From Methanomassiliicoccaceae archaeon (GTDB lineage: Archaea; Thermoplasmatota; Thermoplasmata; Methanomassiliicoccales; Methanomethylophilaceae), in assembly GCA_009784745.1 (NCBI GenBank), contig WQXR01000001.1, positions 1 through 35,862 of the forward strand: a DNA stretch of 35,862 bases, written 5' to 3'. Numbering within the stretch: position 1 is the first letter of the stretch; every line of letters begins with the position of its first letter. The position numbers were made by a program, and so were the translations under genes. A model generated the notes under the pieces. The model searched no databases and was not told the DNA's origin. It was given only the letters and a program-made list of their open reading frames with translations. Positions 15,854-26,684 of the stretch are shown one piece after another.

Positions 15854-18800
15854 ATGGGTTTGTATCTAAAGCAGATAGAATTGGAGAATTTCAAATCATT
15901 CGGCGGAAAATTAACTATACCGCTGATGGAAGGATATTTAGCTGTAACGGGACCGAACGGTTCCGGAAAGTCGAATATCTCGGATGCGATATTATTTGTG
16001 CTGGGACCGAAAAGTTCCAAGGCGATACGCGCCGGAAAGTTAACCGACCTGATATTTGACGGCGGCCAATCGAAAGCGAAAGCGGATTTCACAAAGGTCT
16101 CACTGGTATTTGATAACAAAGATCGAATGATCCCGTGGGACGACGATACGGTGAAATTAACGCGTCTTGTGAGATTGGCGCAGGACGGAGACAATTACAG
16201 TTCATATTTCTATGTCAACGAAAGAAAATCGTCAATGACTGAATTTGATAACCTGTTGGCAAGAGCGAGAATAAGCGCAGAAGGTTATAACCTCGTACAG
16301 CAGGGTGACGTAACAAGAATAGTTGCAATGGGCAACCTCGAAAGAAGAAGGATACTTGACTCGATATCGGGGATAGCAAGCTTTGACGCCGATCTGGAAA
16401 GTGCAGGAAAAGAGAAGGCGGAAACGGAACAGAACATCGAACGCATAAATATAATCATAAAAGAACTGGACGCAACCCTCGAACAGCTGGAAAAAGATAT
16501 GGTCGAAGCGAGAAAGTATCTCGAAGCACAATCAAGACTGGAAGAAGCGAAAGCACAGATGGTGCACCGTCAGTTAGAGAACGCGGTCGCAGAGGCGGAC
16601 GGGATCAGAGCACAGCTGTTAAGTTCACAGAATGAGATGGAATCCCTGAAACAAAAGAAGTCAAAACTCATCGACAAGGTGGAAGAACTTGCTGTACGTT
16701 TGAGAGACAAAGAAAAAGAGATCGAGGACAAGGCCGGACCGGAATACAAGGAAATAAAGAATAAGATACAGCTCGCATTAATGGAAAAAGCGAAGGCGGA
16801 AGCACGCATTGAGAATATCATCGACGACATATCGGAACAGAACGACAGCATAGAACTCAACAAAGAAAGACTGGCGGAAACGGAAAAGGAGTTACAGACG
16901 TGCGTAAATTCATCATTATCCGTTAAAAATGATATGGACTCGAAGAAAGAGATGCTTGATAATGCCAATAAAGCGCTGAATGAATTGAGAAAGAACATCT
17001 CAAGCGCCGGCGGCGAACTGAAAGCGATACAGGACAGACTTCAGGACACAGAATCAAAGATAGAGATCAAAGCGGAAGAGCAGCAACAGTGTGAGATAAG
17101 AGTTGCAAAAGCGGAATCCGCAAAAGGAACGGCGGAAACGAACGTTGCGTCATACGAAGAACAGCTGCAGAACGCAGATTTCGAGATAAAGGACGCAGAA
17201 TGGAATCTAAAGGAGTTCAGAGAACAGAGCGGTTCCGCCGATCTGCAGCAATTCACATCCAAGATAATGAACGCCAGAAAGAAGGAAGCGGAACTGGAGA
17301 AACAGGAATCCGAACTTAACATGATAATATCAAAATTATCGGCGGATTACGAATCCCTGAAGGCGGAAAAGAGAGTTACGGAAAGGGTACAGCAAAGCGA
17401 AGGCGTATCCGCAATGCTTGAACTCAGAGATAAAGGACAAATGAAAGGCATCCACGGAACGGTCATGGAACTGGCCACCGTTGATAAAGAATTCGAAACA
17501 GCGTTATCCGTCGCAGCGGGCGGAAAGATGCAGGCGGTCATCGTAGATGATGACCAAGTTGCGGAAGAGGCGATAAACTTCCTCAAGAAGAACGGGTACG
17601 GAAGGGTCACGTTCTTACCGCTGTCAAAGATGAGAGAAGGCAAGCCACGCGCAAAGGCAATAATGATAGAAAAGGAAACATCAGGATATGCGATAGATCT
17701 CATAAAATTCAATCCCAAATACAGAGTAGCGTTCTGGTACGCGCTCGGTGATACGTTAGTTGTTAACACAATGAGTGAAGCAAGACGCCTGATGGGTGAT
17801 GTCCGTATCGTAACAAAAGCAGGCGAACTGATAGAAGCATCGGGCGCAATGGTCGGCGGTACCGTGAATACAGCGGCAACATTCAAATTCGGTCCCGCTT
17901 CGGAATCGAAGATGAACTCAGCCGGCACGGAACTGAGGAACGCGACCGCTTCGCTGGACGCACTGAAGCAGATGTTAAGGGATATCAGACAGGAGATACG
18001 CAACTACGACGATGAGATGCGTTCAGTGTCAACCGGCGCAGCCGGCGTTCAGGGAAAGATAGCGGGATACGAGACACAGCTGAACATCCTGAGGCAGAAC
18101 AGGAAGAAGGCAAGTGATGATCTCAACGCAGAGAAACAGAAGCTTGCTGAACTTCAAAAAGAAATGAACAATGCGTCGGACGAATTGAAAAAGTTAACGG
18201 ATCAGTTAACATCGCTCAAAGACGAGAGGACTAGATTACGAAAGTCATTGGTGGACATAGCGCCGGAAGGACTGCAGGAAAAGATACAGACGACGCAGGA
18301 TGATGTGATACGGTTACAAAGCGAGGCGAATGATCTGGCAATGGAATATGCCTCACTGCTCGCGGAACAGGATGCGATAGAAAGCGTAAAGAGCGGACTT
18401 CTTAACGATATAAACGCAGCCAATAGTAAAATTTCATCAAAAATGAACGAAAAGAAAGCGGAAGATGAAAAGATAGAACGTTCGACCACGGACATGAACG
18501 GTCTGAAACGCATAGAGAACGATTTCGAAAGTAAATTAGGCAATTTACGTGAACAAAGAGATAACATACTTCAGGACAAGAGCAGAACGGAAGCGGACAG
18601 TTCGAACCTGACATCAGCGATAACGGCAAAACTGGCGGTACTCACAGGTTACGAAGCGAAGATAGAGATAAGCGACGAGATCGTGAAACAACTCAAGGAA
18701 GAGGTATCGTCGCTTACGATACATGTGAACGACGTACCGTCGGAAGAAGAGATAAAGAGAACGATAAAGTCGTGCGAAACGGTAATGGCAAAGATAGGTT

Positions 18801-19441
18801 CCGTGAATCTGAGAGCGATAGACGATTACGACGAGAAGAAGGAAAGACATACTCGTCTTTCAGCTGACGTCGACAAAATGAACGTACGTATCGACGAATT
18901 GACAACACTGATGGATTCCATAAACAAAGAGAAGAAAGGACTGTTCATGGAAGTGTACGACGGTGTTAACGCTAATTTCAGAGAAATATACGCAGAACTG
19001 TCGGACGGCGGCGAAGCGTACATGAAATTAGAGAATGAAGAACTGCCGTTTGACGGGGGATTACTGATAAACGCGAAACCGAAGAACGGTAAGATGTTAA
19101 GGCTGGACGCACTGAGCGGCGGTGAAAAGAGTTTAACAGCATTGGCGTTCATATTCGCGATACAGGAACTGCAGCCTTCGCCGTTGTATGTTTTGGACGA
19201 GGTGGACATGTTCTTGGATTCCGTGAATGCCGAGATGGTAGCAAAACGCGTAAAGAAGAGCTCACTGAAGGCACAGTTCGTTCAGGTCTCTTTAAGGAAA
19301 GTTACATTGGCGTTAGCGGAACACCTGATAGGTGTGACGCGTGAACGTACGGGAATAAGCAAAATAATTATACAGCCGGACCTTGCCGAAGTATCTAAGT
19401 ACGAGGATGAGGCGGCAAAGAACAAGAAGGATGGGAATTGA
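15854..19441 (+). CDS. smc: SMC chromosome segregation ATPase
   Basis: 1195 aa. N-terminal Walker A GPNGSGKSN, long coiled coils, hinge, C-terminal signature LSGGEKSLTALAFIFAIQ and Walker B LYVLDEVD. Confidence 0.95.
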   Translation: MGLYLKQIELENFKSFGGKLTIPLMEGYLAVTGPNGSGKSNISDAILFVLGPKSSKAIRAGKLTDLIFDGGQSKAKADFTKVSLVFDNKDRMIPWDDDTVKLTRLVRLAQDGDNYSSYFYVNERKSSMTEFDNLLARARISAEGYNLVQQGDVTRIVAMGNLERRRILDSISGIASFDADLESAGKEKAETEQNIERINIIIKELDATLEQLEKDMVEARKYLEAQSRLEEAKAQMVHRQLENAVAEADGIRAQLLSSQNEMESLKQKKSKLIDKVEELAVRLRDKEKEIEDKAGPEYKEIKNKIQLALMEKAKAEARIENIIDDISEQNDSIELNKERLAETEKELQTCVNSSLSVKNDMDSKKEMLDNANKALNELRKNISSAGGELKAIQDRLQDTESKIEIKAEEQQQCEIRVAKAESAKGTAETNVASYEEQLQNADFEIKDAEWNLKEFREQSGSADLQQFTSKIMNARKKEAELEKQESELNMIISKLSADYESLKAEKRVTERVQQSEGVSAMLELRDKGQMKGIHGTVMELATVDKEFETALSVAAGGKMQAVIVDDDQVAEEAINFLKKNGYGRVTFLPLSKMREGKPRAKAIMIEKETSGYAIDLIKFNPKYRVAFWYALGDTLVVNTMSEARRLMGDVRIVTKAGELIEASGAMVGGTVNTAATFKFGPASESKMNSAGTELRNATASLDALKQMLRDIRQEIRNYDDEMRSVSTGAAGVQGKIAGYETQLNILRQNRKKASDDLNAEKQKLAELQKEMNNASDELKKLTDQLTSLKDERTRLRKSLVDIAPEGLQEKIQTTQDDVIRLQSEANDLAMEYASLLAEQDAIESVKSGLLNDINAANSKISSKMNEKKAEDEKIERSTTDMNGLKRIENDFESKLGNLREQRDNILQDKSRTEADSSNLTSAITAKLAVLTGYEAKIEISDEIVKQLKEEVSSLTIHVNDVPSEEEIKRTIKSCETVMAKIGSVNLRAIDDYDEKKERHTRLSADVDKMNVRIDELTTLMDSINKEKKGLFMEVYDGVNANFREIYAELSDGGEAYMKLENEELPFDGGLLINAKPKNGKMLRLDALSGGEKSLTALAFIFAIQELQPSPLYVLDEVDMFLDSVNAEMVAKRVKKSSLKAQFVQVSLRKVTLALAEHLIGVTRERTGISKIIIQPDLAEVSKYEDEAAKNKKDGN

Positions 19442-20320
19442 ATGGGAACGGATGCGATGGATGGGATGGAGCAGCATCTGCTGTTCCATAAGGCGCTGAT
19501 AGACGACAGCGTCGGAACGGAAAAGATAGATCGATACATAGGTATGCTCAAAGAGCGAGGACAATGCGAAACCATGAACGATCCGATAGACGAGTCGATA
19601 AGATCGGTTTTCAGTCTGGTACTGGAACATGATCTCGATCCGTGGTCTATCGATATCGTAGAATTCGCTAAGATGTATTCTGTCAGGAAAGTAAAGAGTT
19701 CGGTGGACATGATAGTCGCCGGAAAACTGATACATATGGCGTGGAAGATACTTCGCATGCAATCGGACGTGACATTACAGGAAGGGGAACGTCAGGACCT
19801 CTTCGCAGATGAATGGGATATTAACGTTGACTTTGATGCGATGTATGAACCCGATAAACTGTACGTACCGGACGTGGAGTTCAGGGAAGCGGTAAGACGC
19901 AATTCAACGAGAACGGCAACAATGTTCGAACTCTTGGACGCGTTCGAAGATGCCAGAGAGGAAATAGAGCTGCACCTGATACGCGAACAGGCGAGACAGG
20001 AACAGAAGGAAAGGGAACCGAGAAGGTTCAGCAACAAGGCGCACGAAGAAGATGATAAAAAAGACGTGCAGAACGTTCTCGAAAAGATAGAACATCTGGG
20101 AACGGGACCGATAATGATGCATGATCTTTTCGTTAACGATATAAAAGCAAATATCACAACATTCGTTTCAATACTCCATCTGGTAAAGGAAGGGGTATTG
20201 TCGATATGGCAAGACAATATGCCATACGGCGAGATATTCGTGGAAAAGAAGATAGAATGGAGCGACGGAAAGATAGAGGACGCCGCAGTACAGGGAATAG
20301 AGATGAAGAAGGTGGTCTGA
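19442..20320 (+). CDS. scpA: Segregation and condensation protein A (kleisin)
   Basis: The ATG immediately follows the smc stop (TGAATG). Size and acidic middle region fit ScpA. Operon position smc-scpA-scpB. Confidence 0.8.
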   Translation: MGTDAMDGMEQHLLFHKALIDDSVGTEKIDRYIGMLKERGQCETMNDPIDESIRSVFSLVLEHDLDPWSIDIVEFAKMYSVRKVKSSVDMIVAGKLIHMAWKILRMQSDVTLQEGERQDLFADEWDINVDFDAMYEPDKLYVPDVEFREAVRRNSTRTATMFELLDAFEDAREEIELHLIREQARQEQKEREPRRFSNKAHEEDDKKDVQNVLEKIEHLGTGPIMMHDLFVNDIKANITTFVSILHLVKEGVLSIWQDNMPYGEIFVEKKIEWSDGKIEDAAVQGIEMKKVV

Positions 20321-20321
20321 G

Positions 20322-20822
20322 TTGGATCCGCGGGGTGCCGTTGAGGCGGCGCTCTTCGCAAGCGCAAAAGGTCTGCGGGTCGTAGATATCGCAGACCGTA
20401 CGGGCTTGACGGAAGAGACCGTCCGAGTATCGCTTAAATCATTGACCATAGAATATGAAAGAATGGGATCGGCGATAAAGATAGCGAAGATAGATTCTGA
20501 ATATGCATTTCAGTTAAAGGATGAATACGCACATTACGCGGAAAAATTCTCAGAATCGGAAATATCAAGATTCGTTCTCAGAACCGCCGCGGCGATCGCT
20601 TACAACCAGCCGGTGCTTCAGTCCGAATTGTTCAGGACGCTTGGCGCAAGGGTTTACGACGATGTACGCAAATTAACGGAACTTGATCTTATAAACGGAA
20701 GACAGAAAGGCCAGACGCTTGAACTTACAACAACGAGAAGATTTGCAGAATATTTCGGAATAGAAGGAACAAGCAAAGCGGACATAAAGAAGTGGATAGA
20801 GAAGATGGATAAAAGGAACTGA
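20322..20822 (+). CDS. scpB: Segregation and condensation protein B
   Basis: TTG start 1 nt after the scpA stop. N-terminus AVEAALFAS..GL typical of ScpB winged-helix proteins. 166 aa. Confidence 0.8.
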   Translation: MDPRGAVEAALFASAKGLRVVDIADRTGLTEETVRVSLKSLTIEYERMGSAIKIAKIDSEYAFQLKDEYAHYAEKFSESEISRFVLRTAAAIAYNQPVLQSELFRTLGARVYDDVRKLTELDLINGRQKGQTLELTTTRRFAEYFGIEGTSKADIKKWIEKMDKRN

Positions 20823-20836
20823 TCCGTACAGCGGAA

Positions 20837-20872
20837 GAACATACGGCCGCACCGTTCCGCGGCCGTATGTTC
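20837..20872 (+). terminator. Perfect 14-bp inverted repeat with 8-nt loop (GAACATACGGCCGC-ACCGTTCC-GCGGCCGTATGTTC)
   Basis: Verified base by base. Begins 15 nt after the scpB stop and lies ~55 nt upstream of the thermosome TATA box. No T-run follows, so it could be a terminator or an operator. Confidence 0.4.
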
Positions 20873-20927
20873 CGCATCCACCTATGCACGTACGCACAGG
20901 GACAAGAATATTTGATAATAGTAAACA

Positions 20928-20935
20928 TTTATATA
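20928..20935 (+). promoter_or_regulatory. TATA box TTTATATA (with purine/A-rich BRE-like AGTAAACA upstream) for the thermosome gene
   Basis: Consensus archaeal TATA 54-61 nt upstream of the ATG at 20989. GGAGG Shine-Dalgarno at 20974..20978. Confidence 0.65.
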
Positions 20936-20988
20936 GAAGAACTAACTTTAGCCAAACAAGGTTCCAATCTAATGGAGGTTTGAAGACT

Positions 20989-22629
20989 ATGGGTATGGGT
21001 AACGCACCTATATTGATCCTTAAAGAAGGTACTAAGAGAGACAAAGGAAAGGACGCTCAGTTCAACAACATCGCAGCGGCAAGAACAATATCCGACGCGG
21101 TAAGAAGCAGCCTCGGTCCGAGGGGAATGGACAAGATGCTCGTCGACTCGATGGGCGACGTGATAATAACGAACGACGGCGTAACGATATTGAAAGAAAT
21201 TGATGTACAACACCCGGCAGCAAAGATGCTGGTCGAAGTTGCAAAGACACAGGACGCAGAGGTCGGCGACGGTACGACAACGTCGGTGATAATCGCAGGC
21301 GAACTTCTGAAGAAGGCCATAGACATGGTCGACTCAAGTGTCCACCCGACGATAATCGCAAGCGGTTACAGACTTGCGAACTCGAAAGCACAGGAGATCC
21401 TGATAGACGTTTCCACAAAAGTTTCCGTCAAAGATGACAAACTTTTGAGGAAGATAGCAGAAACAGCGATGATAAGCAAGCAGGTCAACAACTCCAAGGA
21501 GTTCTTCGGGGACCTCGTTGTGAATGCAGTGAAGACAATAGTCGAAAAAGGCGACAAGGGAAAACTTACCGCAGATCTCAGGAATATCCAAGTGGTCAAG
21601 GTAACGGGCGGCTCAATGGACGACACGTTCCTTACGAAAGGACTGATAATTGACAAAGAACCGGTACATCCGTCGATGCCCAGACTCATCAAGAACGCAA
21701 AAGTTGCATTGATGGATGCTCCGTTCGAAGTTAAGAAGACGGAAATAGACGCAAAGATAGAGATAACCGATCCGAGCCAGTTGGGCGCGTTCCTCGCAGA
21801 GGAAGAGAACATGCTCAGAAGGATGGTCGAAAAGATCAAGGCCGTTGGCGCGAACGCGGTGTTCTGCCAGAAGGGAATAGACGATCTGGCGCAGCACTTC
21901 CTTGCGAAAGAGGGAATATATGCGGCAAGACGTGTCAAGAAGGACGACATGGAAAAACTTTCGAGATCCACAGGCGCAAGCATCGTCAACAAATTCGATG
22001 AACTTGAGAAAGCGGACCTCGGTATCGCAGGTTTGATAGAAGTCAGGAAGATGCAGGAAGAGGAGATGACATTCGTCACCGAACTGAAGGACACAAAAGC
22101 AGTATCGATACTCATAAGAGGTGGTACGAAGCACGTGATCGATGAGATAGAAAGATCGCTCATCGACGCATGGAGTGTCGTGAAAGTCGCGATAGAGGAC
22201 GGAATGATGGTCACCGGCGGCGGTTCAACAGCTGTTGAATTGGCAATGAGACTGCGCGAATATGCGGCATCCATCGGCGGAAGGGAGCAGATCGCAATAG
22301 ATGCGTTCGCATCGGCGATGGAGATAATCCCGACAACGCTGGCAGAGAATGCCGGTCTTGATCCGATAGACATACTCATCGAGATGAGAAAACAGCACAA
22401 AGCAGGCAAGAAGCATGCAGGTCTCAACCCCTTTACAGGTAAGGTAGAGGATATGCTGAAACTCGATGTCATCGAACCGTACAGGATAGGCAAACAGGCG
22501 ATCAACTCGGCAACGGATGCGGCGGTCATGATACTCAGGATCGACGATGTCATCGCGGCCCGCGGTATGCCTATGCCGTCAGGTCCCCCGGGAGGAATGC
22601 CGCCCGGCGGAATGGACATGGACGATTAG
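20989..22629 (+). CDS. ths: Thermosome subunit (group II chaperonin)
   Basis: [24 protein letters not shown], and a C-terminal [12 protein letters not shown] tail. The ORF opens at 20884, but the conserved N-terminus ([14 protein letters not shown]) and Shine-Dalgarno spacing support 20989. Confidence 0.95.
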   Translation: MGMGNAPILILKEGTKRDKGKDAQFNNIAAARTISDAVRSSLGPRGMDKMLVDSMGDVIITNDGVTILKEIDVQHPAAKMLVEVAKTQDAEVGDGTTTSVIIAGELLKKAIDMVDSSVHPTIIASGYRLANSKAQEILIDVSTKVSVKDDKLLRKIAETAMISKQVNNSKEFFGDLVVNAVKTIVEKGDKGKLTADLRNIQVVKVTGGSMDDTFLTKGLIIDKEPVHPSMPRLIKNAKVALMDAPFEVKKTEIDAKIEITDPSQLGAFLAEEENMLRRMVEKIKAVGANAVFCQKGIDDLAQHFLAKEGIYAARRVKKDDMEKLSRSTGASIVNKFDELEKADLGIAGLIEVRKMQEEEMTFVTELKDTKAVSILIRGGTKHVIDEIERSLIDAWSVVKVAIEDGMMVTGGGSTAVELAMRLREYAASIGGREQIAIDAFASAMEIIPTTLAENAGLDPIDILIEMRKQHKAGKKHAGLNPFTGKVEDMLKLDVIEPYRIGKQAINSATDAAVMILRIDDVIAARGMPMPSGPPGGMPPGGMDMDD

Positions 22630-22637
22630 AACGAAAC

Positions 22638-22657
22638 GGGGGTCAAACCCCATTTTT
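22638..22657 (+). terminator. Hairpin GGGG-TCAAA-CCCC followed by T5
   Basis: Begins 9 nt after the thermosome stop. Stem-loop plus oligo-T. Confidence 0.55.
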
Positions 22658-22659
22658 AA

Positions 22660-22667
22660 TTTATATA
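22660..22667 (+). promoter_or_regulatory. TATA box TTTATATA for grpE-dnaK-dnaJ
   Basis: Same octamer as the thermosome promoter. Its centre is ~27 nt upstream of the ATG at 22691. Confidence 0.6.
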
Positions 22668-22690
22668 TCAACTAACGGAGGATGAACTGT

Positions 22691-23176
22691 ATGACCGTAA
22701 AGGTTGCCGCTGAAAAGATAAGACAGGAAGCCGACGAAAAGATAGCGGCAGCGGAAAAAAAAGTATCCGAGAATCTGGAGATGGCAATGAGGATACAGGC
22801 AGACTTCGATAATTATAAGAAAAGGATACAGCGGGAGAACGAAGAGTTCAGGAAATATGCGTATGAGCCGCTGATGTCCGATCTGCTGGTGATACTGGAC
22901 GATCTCGAACGTGCATTGTCGCACGCATCGGAGGACATAACAGCGGGAGTGAACGGCATTCACCAGAATCTGATAAAGATCCTTTCATCAAAAGGATTGA
23001 CGGAAATAAACGCAAATGGAAAATTCGATCCGAACATTCACGAGGCGCTGTGCGCCGAGCCGGGCGACGAGGACGGAAATATAACCGAAGTTTTCCAAAA
23101 AGGATACAGGATCGGCGACCGTATACTGAGATACGCAAAAGTAAAGGTAACAAGAAAAGAAGGTGAGCAGAAATGA
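22691..23176 (+). CDS. grpE: Nucleotide exchange factor GrpE
   Basis: Coiled-coil N-terminus, FDNYKKR motif, C-terminal beta domain [13 protein letters not shown]. The ATG at 22682 abuts GGAGG with no spacer, so the ATG at 22691 is preferred. Confidence 0.85.
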   Translation: MTVKVAAEKIRQEADEKIAAAEKKVSENLEMAMRIQADFDNYKKRIQRENEEFRKYAYEPLMSDLLVILDDLERALSHASEDITAGVNGIHQNLIKILSSKGLTEINANGKFDPNIHEALCAEPGDEDGNITEVFQKGYRIGDRILRYAKVKVTRKEGEQK

Positions 23177-25008
23177 CTAGGATAATCGGAATTGATCTGG
23201 GAACAAGCAACTCGGCCGCCTCTGTCATGGAGGGCGGAAGGCCTGCGATGGTCCCGAGTGCAGAGGGGACGAGCGCAGGAGGCAAAGCCTTCCCGTCGTA
23301 CGTAGCATTCACGACCGACGGCCAACTGCTGGTCGGAGAACCGGCAAGGAGGCAAGCGGTCACCAACCCGAACGGGACGATAAAGAACATAAAGAGAAAG
23401 ATGGGCACCAGCGAAACGACAAAGGTCTACGGAAAAGAGTACACACCGCAGCAGATATCGGCGTTCATACTGCAGAAAGTGAAACGCGACGCAGAATCCT
23501 ATCTCGGCGAGACAATATCAAAAGCGGTGATAACCGTTCCCGCATATTTCAATGATAACCAGCGTCAGGCAACAAAGGATGCCGGCGCGATAGCGGGTCT
23601 TGAAGTTGTTCGGATAATAAACGAACCGACGGCCGCCGCATTGGCGTACGGCCTTGACAAGAGCGGCGTCGAACAGAAGATATTGGTATTCGATCTGGGC
23701 GGCGGAACGCTGGACGTAACGATAATGGAGTTCAGCGACGGTGTGTTCGAAGTGATATCCACCAACGGCGACACGAAGCTGGGCGGCTCGGATATGGATG
23801 AACTGCTCACGTCGTATGTGTTAAAAGAATTCACAAAGCGCGAAGGCATAGATCTTACGAACGACAGCATGGCATTCTGGAGGGTGCGTGAGGCGTGCGA
23901 GAAGGCAAAGATAGAATTGTCAACGACAATGCAAACAGAAATCAATCTGCCGTTCATAAGTTCCGACGCGTCCGGCCCGAAACATCTGATACAGACGCTC
24001 ACACGTGCGAAACTGGAAGAATTGGTATCGCCTATAGTGAACAGGTGCAGAGGCCCGATAGAAACGGCAATGAAGGATGCGAAGTTAACAAAGGACGGAA
24101 TAAACAAGATAATAATGGTCGGCGGCCCGACAAGGATGCCGATAGTTCAGAATTTTGTTGAAGATATCGTAGGATCGAAGATACAGCGCGGGATAGATCC
24201 GATGGAGTGCGTGTCGATGGGCGCAGCCGTACAGGGTGCGGTGCTCTCAGGTGAAGTAAAAGATGTGTTACTGCTTGATGTGACGCCTCTTTCCTTAGGC
24301 ATAGAGACGTTAGGAGGAATAGCGACAAAACTCATCGACCGCAACACAACAATACCGACGAAGAGGTCGCAGGTCTTCTCAACAGCAGCGGACAATCAGC
24401 CGTCCGTTGAGATCCATGTTGTTCAGGGTGAACGTGACATGGCATCAGACAACACATCACTGGGTCGTTTCAATTTAGACGGCATTCCGCCGGCGCCGAG
24501 AGGCATACCTCAGATCGAAGTTACATTCGACATTGATGCGAACGGGATAATCAACGTATCCGCAAAAGATAAGGGAACAGGCAAGGAACAGAAGATCACG
24601 ATAATGTCGTCGAACAAGCTGAACAAGGACGAGATAGACAGAATGGTCAACGAAGCCGCCCAATTCGCAGATGCGGACAAAGCGAAGCGTGAGAACATCG
24701 AACTTATGAATCAATCGGAAACGGCGATATACACAGTTCGCAAGTCACTTGACGAGTTGGGCGAAAAAGTGAACAACGAAGAGAGAGCGAACGTCGAGGC
24801 CGCGATATCTGATCTGGAAAATGCAAGAAAAGCAGGTGACAGCGCCCAGATAAAGGCAAAGATGGATGCCCTGTTCAAAGCGATGGAACCCATATCCAAG
24901 AAGATATATCAGGACGGATGCGGACCGAACTGCGGACCGAACGCAGACAGCGGTAACGGAAAAGATGATTACGTGGATGCTGATTACAAGATAGTGGACG
25001 AAGAGTGA
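23173..25008 (+). CDS. dnaK: Hsp70 chaperone DnaK
   Basis: [31 protein letters not shown] overlap with the grpE stop. Confidence 0.97.
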   Translation: MTRIIGIDLGTSNSAASVMEGGRPAMVPSAEGTSAGGKAFPSYVAFTTDGQLLVGEPARRQAVTNPNGTIKNIKRKMGTSETTKVYGKEYTPQQISAFILQKVKRDAESYLGETISKAVITVPAYFNDNQRQATKDAGAIAGLEVVRIINEPTAAALAYGLDKSGVEQKILVFDLGGGTLDVTIMEFSDGVFEVISTNGDTKLGGSDMDELLTSYVLKEFTKREGIDLTNDSMAFWRVREACEKAKIELSTTMQTEINLPFISSDASGPKHLIQTLTRAKLEELVSPIVNRCRGPIETAMKDAKLTKDGINKIIMVGGPTRMPIVQNFVEDIVGSKIQRGIDPMECVSMGAAVQGAVLSGEVKDVLLLDVTPLSLGIETLGGIATKLIDRNTTIPTKRSQVFSTAADNQPSVEIHVVQGERDMASDNTSLGRFNLDGIPPAPRGIPQIEVTFDIDANGIINVSAKDKGTGKEQKITIMSSNKLNKDEIDRMVNEAAQFADADKAKRENIELMNQSETAIYTVRKSLDELGEKVNNEERANVEAAISDLENARKAGDSAQIKAKMDALFKAMEPISKKIYQDGCGPNCGPNADSGNGKDDYVDADYKIVDEE

Positions 25009-26132
25009 TGCCTGAGGATTACTACAAAACATTGGGCGTAAGCAAGACCGCATCAGCGGACGAGATCAAGAAGGCATACAGGAAGTTAGCGAGAGAGAAT
25101 CATCCGGACGTGTCCAAGGATCCGAAGGAAGTTGCGGAAGAAAAATTCAAAGAGATATCCGAAGCGTATGAAGTATTGTCGGACGAATCGAAAAGAAGAA
25201 CGTACGATCAGTATGGACATGCGGGTGTGAATCAGCAGTTCAGCGGCGGAGGGTTCTCGTGGAGCGATTTCACGCACTTCGACGATATACGCGATATCTT
25301 CGGTTCATCCGGAAGTATATTCGATATGTTCTTCAACGGCGGCGGCCGCGGAAGGCAAAGGAACGCGCCGGTACAAGGCGAATCGTTACGGTATGATGTT
25401 AAAATAACATTGAACGAAGTTCTGAACGGAAGGACGGAAGAGATACAGGTGCCGCACACGTTATCATGCACGGATTGCAACGGAACGGGAGGAAAGGACG
25501 GCAGAACGGAAACGTGTGTCCAATGCAACGGCGCCGGTCAGATGCAAACTGTCCGCAACAGCCCGTTCGGGCGGATCGCGTCAGTTACGGATTGTCAGAA
25601 ATGCGGCGGAACGGGAAGGACGTACAAAGAACGCTGTGCAAAATGCCGCGGTTCCGGACGGATATCAAGAACAAATACAGTAAGCGTTCCCATACCGAAG
25701 GGAATAGAGGACGGCACGAGATTAAGGATACAGGGCGAAGGCGATGCCGGATACAACGGAGGTCCGTCAGGTGATCTCTTTGTTGTTGTTCACGTTCAAG
25801 ACGATAAAAGATTTGAAAGGGAAGGCATCAACCTGTGGACAGAGGTCACAACGACATATCCGAGATTGGTATTGGGGGGAACGGAGGACGTGATCACGCT
25901 GGAAGGTGAGACCGCCAAAGTTACGATACCGCCGGGTACGCAAGTTGATTCCGTATTGAGGATACAAGGCAAAGGGCTGCCGAAGTTCAGGAGCAACTCC
26001 AGAGGGGATCTTTTCCTGCGTGTGAGGATAGACGTCCCTTCAAGGGTATCAGAGGAAGAGAAGGAATATCTCAGAAAACTTGACGAAAAGGCAGGCTCAC
26101 CGAAAAGATCAAAAGGATTCTTTAAAAAGTGA
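25008..26132 (+). CDS. dnaJ: Hsp40 co-chaperone DnaJ (type I)
   Basis: J-domain DYYKTLGV...HPD, G/F region, four CxxCxGxG zinc repeats. The ATG at 25008 overlaps the dnaK stop (TGATG); the ORF track opens at a GTG at 25005. Confidence 0.95.
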   Translation: MPEDYYKTLGVSKTASADEIKKAYRKLARENHPDVSKDPKEVAEEKFKEISEAYEVLSDESKRRTYDQYGHAGVNQQFSGGGFSWSDFTHFDDIRDIFGSSGSIFDMFFNGGGRGRQRNAPVQGESLRYDVKITLNEVLNGRTEEIQVPHTLSCTDCNGTGGKDGRTETCVQCNGAGQMQTVRNSPFGRIASVTDCQKCGGTGRTYKERCAKCRGSGRISRTNTVSVPIPKGIEDGTRLRIQGEGDAGYNGGPSGDLFVVVHVQDDKRFEREGINLWTEVTTTYPRLVLGGTEDVITLEGETAKVTIPPGTQVDSVLRIQGKGLPKFRSNSRGDLFLRVRIDVPSRVSEEEKEYLRKLDEKAGSPKRSKGFFKK

Positions 26133-26150
26133 ATCGAAATTCATTTTTTT
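26131..26150 (+). terminator. Short hairpin GAAT-CGAA-ATTC followed by T7
   Basis: Overlaps the dnaJ stop. The T7 run at 26144..26150 is a typical archaeal oligo-T terminator. Confidence 0.5.
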
Positions 26151-26241
26151 GGCTGTGCAGGAACGACATCTCTCAGTATCTCGCAATAACAATAAAATAC
26201 GCGGAATATTTATACAGCCAATCAGACGGCTGGGGAAATAA

Positions 26242-26646
26242 ATGGGTAAAGTAAACATTCTCGGAGTGATCGGCGGTGCGTTAGCAGCAGTTTCGGTATT
26301 TTTGACATGGATCGTGATAGGTCCGATAGAGATAACCGGATGGGAGATATTCGACAACTCCACCGGTTATGAGGTCTATTATCTTCTGATACCGATGATC
26401 GTATTGGTGCTTGGCGGCGTTGCCATTTTATTGTCATTGTTGGGAGTACGCGGAATAACGGGCATGATAGGAAGTTCTCTTCTCACTTTGCCGATAATAT
26501 TCATATTATTATTCCTGGAAGATGTGGGCGCATTAGAATTCATGGAGATAATGGATATAATAGACCTGATGGGAATAGGTGCATTCATGTGTATCGCTTC
26601 CGGTGTCGTTCTGATGATATCAAGATATGTAGGCGGCAAGAAATAG
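26242..26646 (+). CDS. Hypothetical 4-TM membrane protein (134 aa)
   Basis: Four hydrophobic helices. ATATTTATA lies ~30 nt upstream of the ATG. No recognisable family. Confidence 0.55.
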   Translation: MGKVNILGVIGGALAAVSVFLTWIVIGPIEITGWEIFDNSTGYEVYYLLIPMIVLVLGGVAILLSLLGVRGITGMIGSSLLTLPIIFILLFLEDVGALEFMEIMDIIDLMGIGAFMCIASGVVLMISRYVGGKK

Positions 26647-26684
26647 AACGCATTCGTCCCGTTAAATTCTAAAGAAAGGAAGGT

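Noticed and set aside
17347-18003. 218-aa ORF, and several others (16570..16998, 18826..19209, 19282..19758), antisense to smc/scpA
   Set aside because: These are shadow ORFs of the purine-rich coiled-coil coding strand. Their Ser/Phe-rich translations have no motifs.
20884-20988. N-terminal extension of the thermosome ORF (start at 20884)
   Set aside because: The extension would include the TATA box and Shine-Dalgarno sequence. The conserved chaperonin N-terminus begins at the ATG at 20989.
21366-22619. 417-aa ORF antisense to the thermosome gene
   Set aside because: It is entirely embedded antisense in a strongly conserved chaperonin CDS. The translation is low-complexity and Ser/Ile/Ala-rich with no motifs. 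This is a typical shadow ORF.
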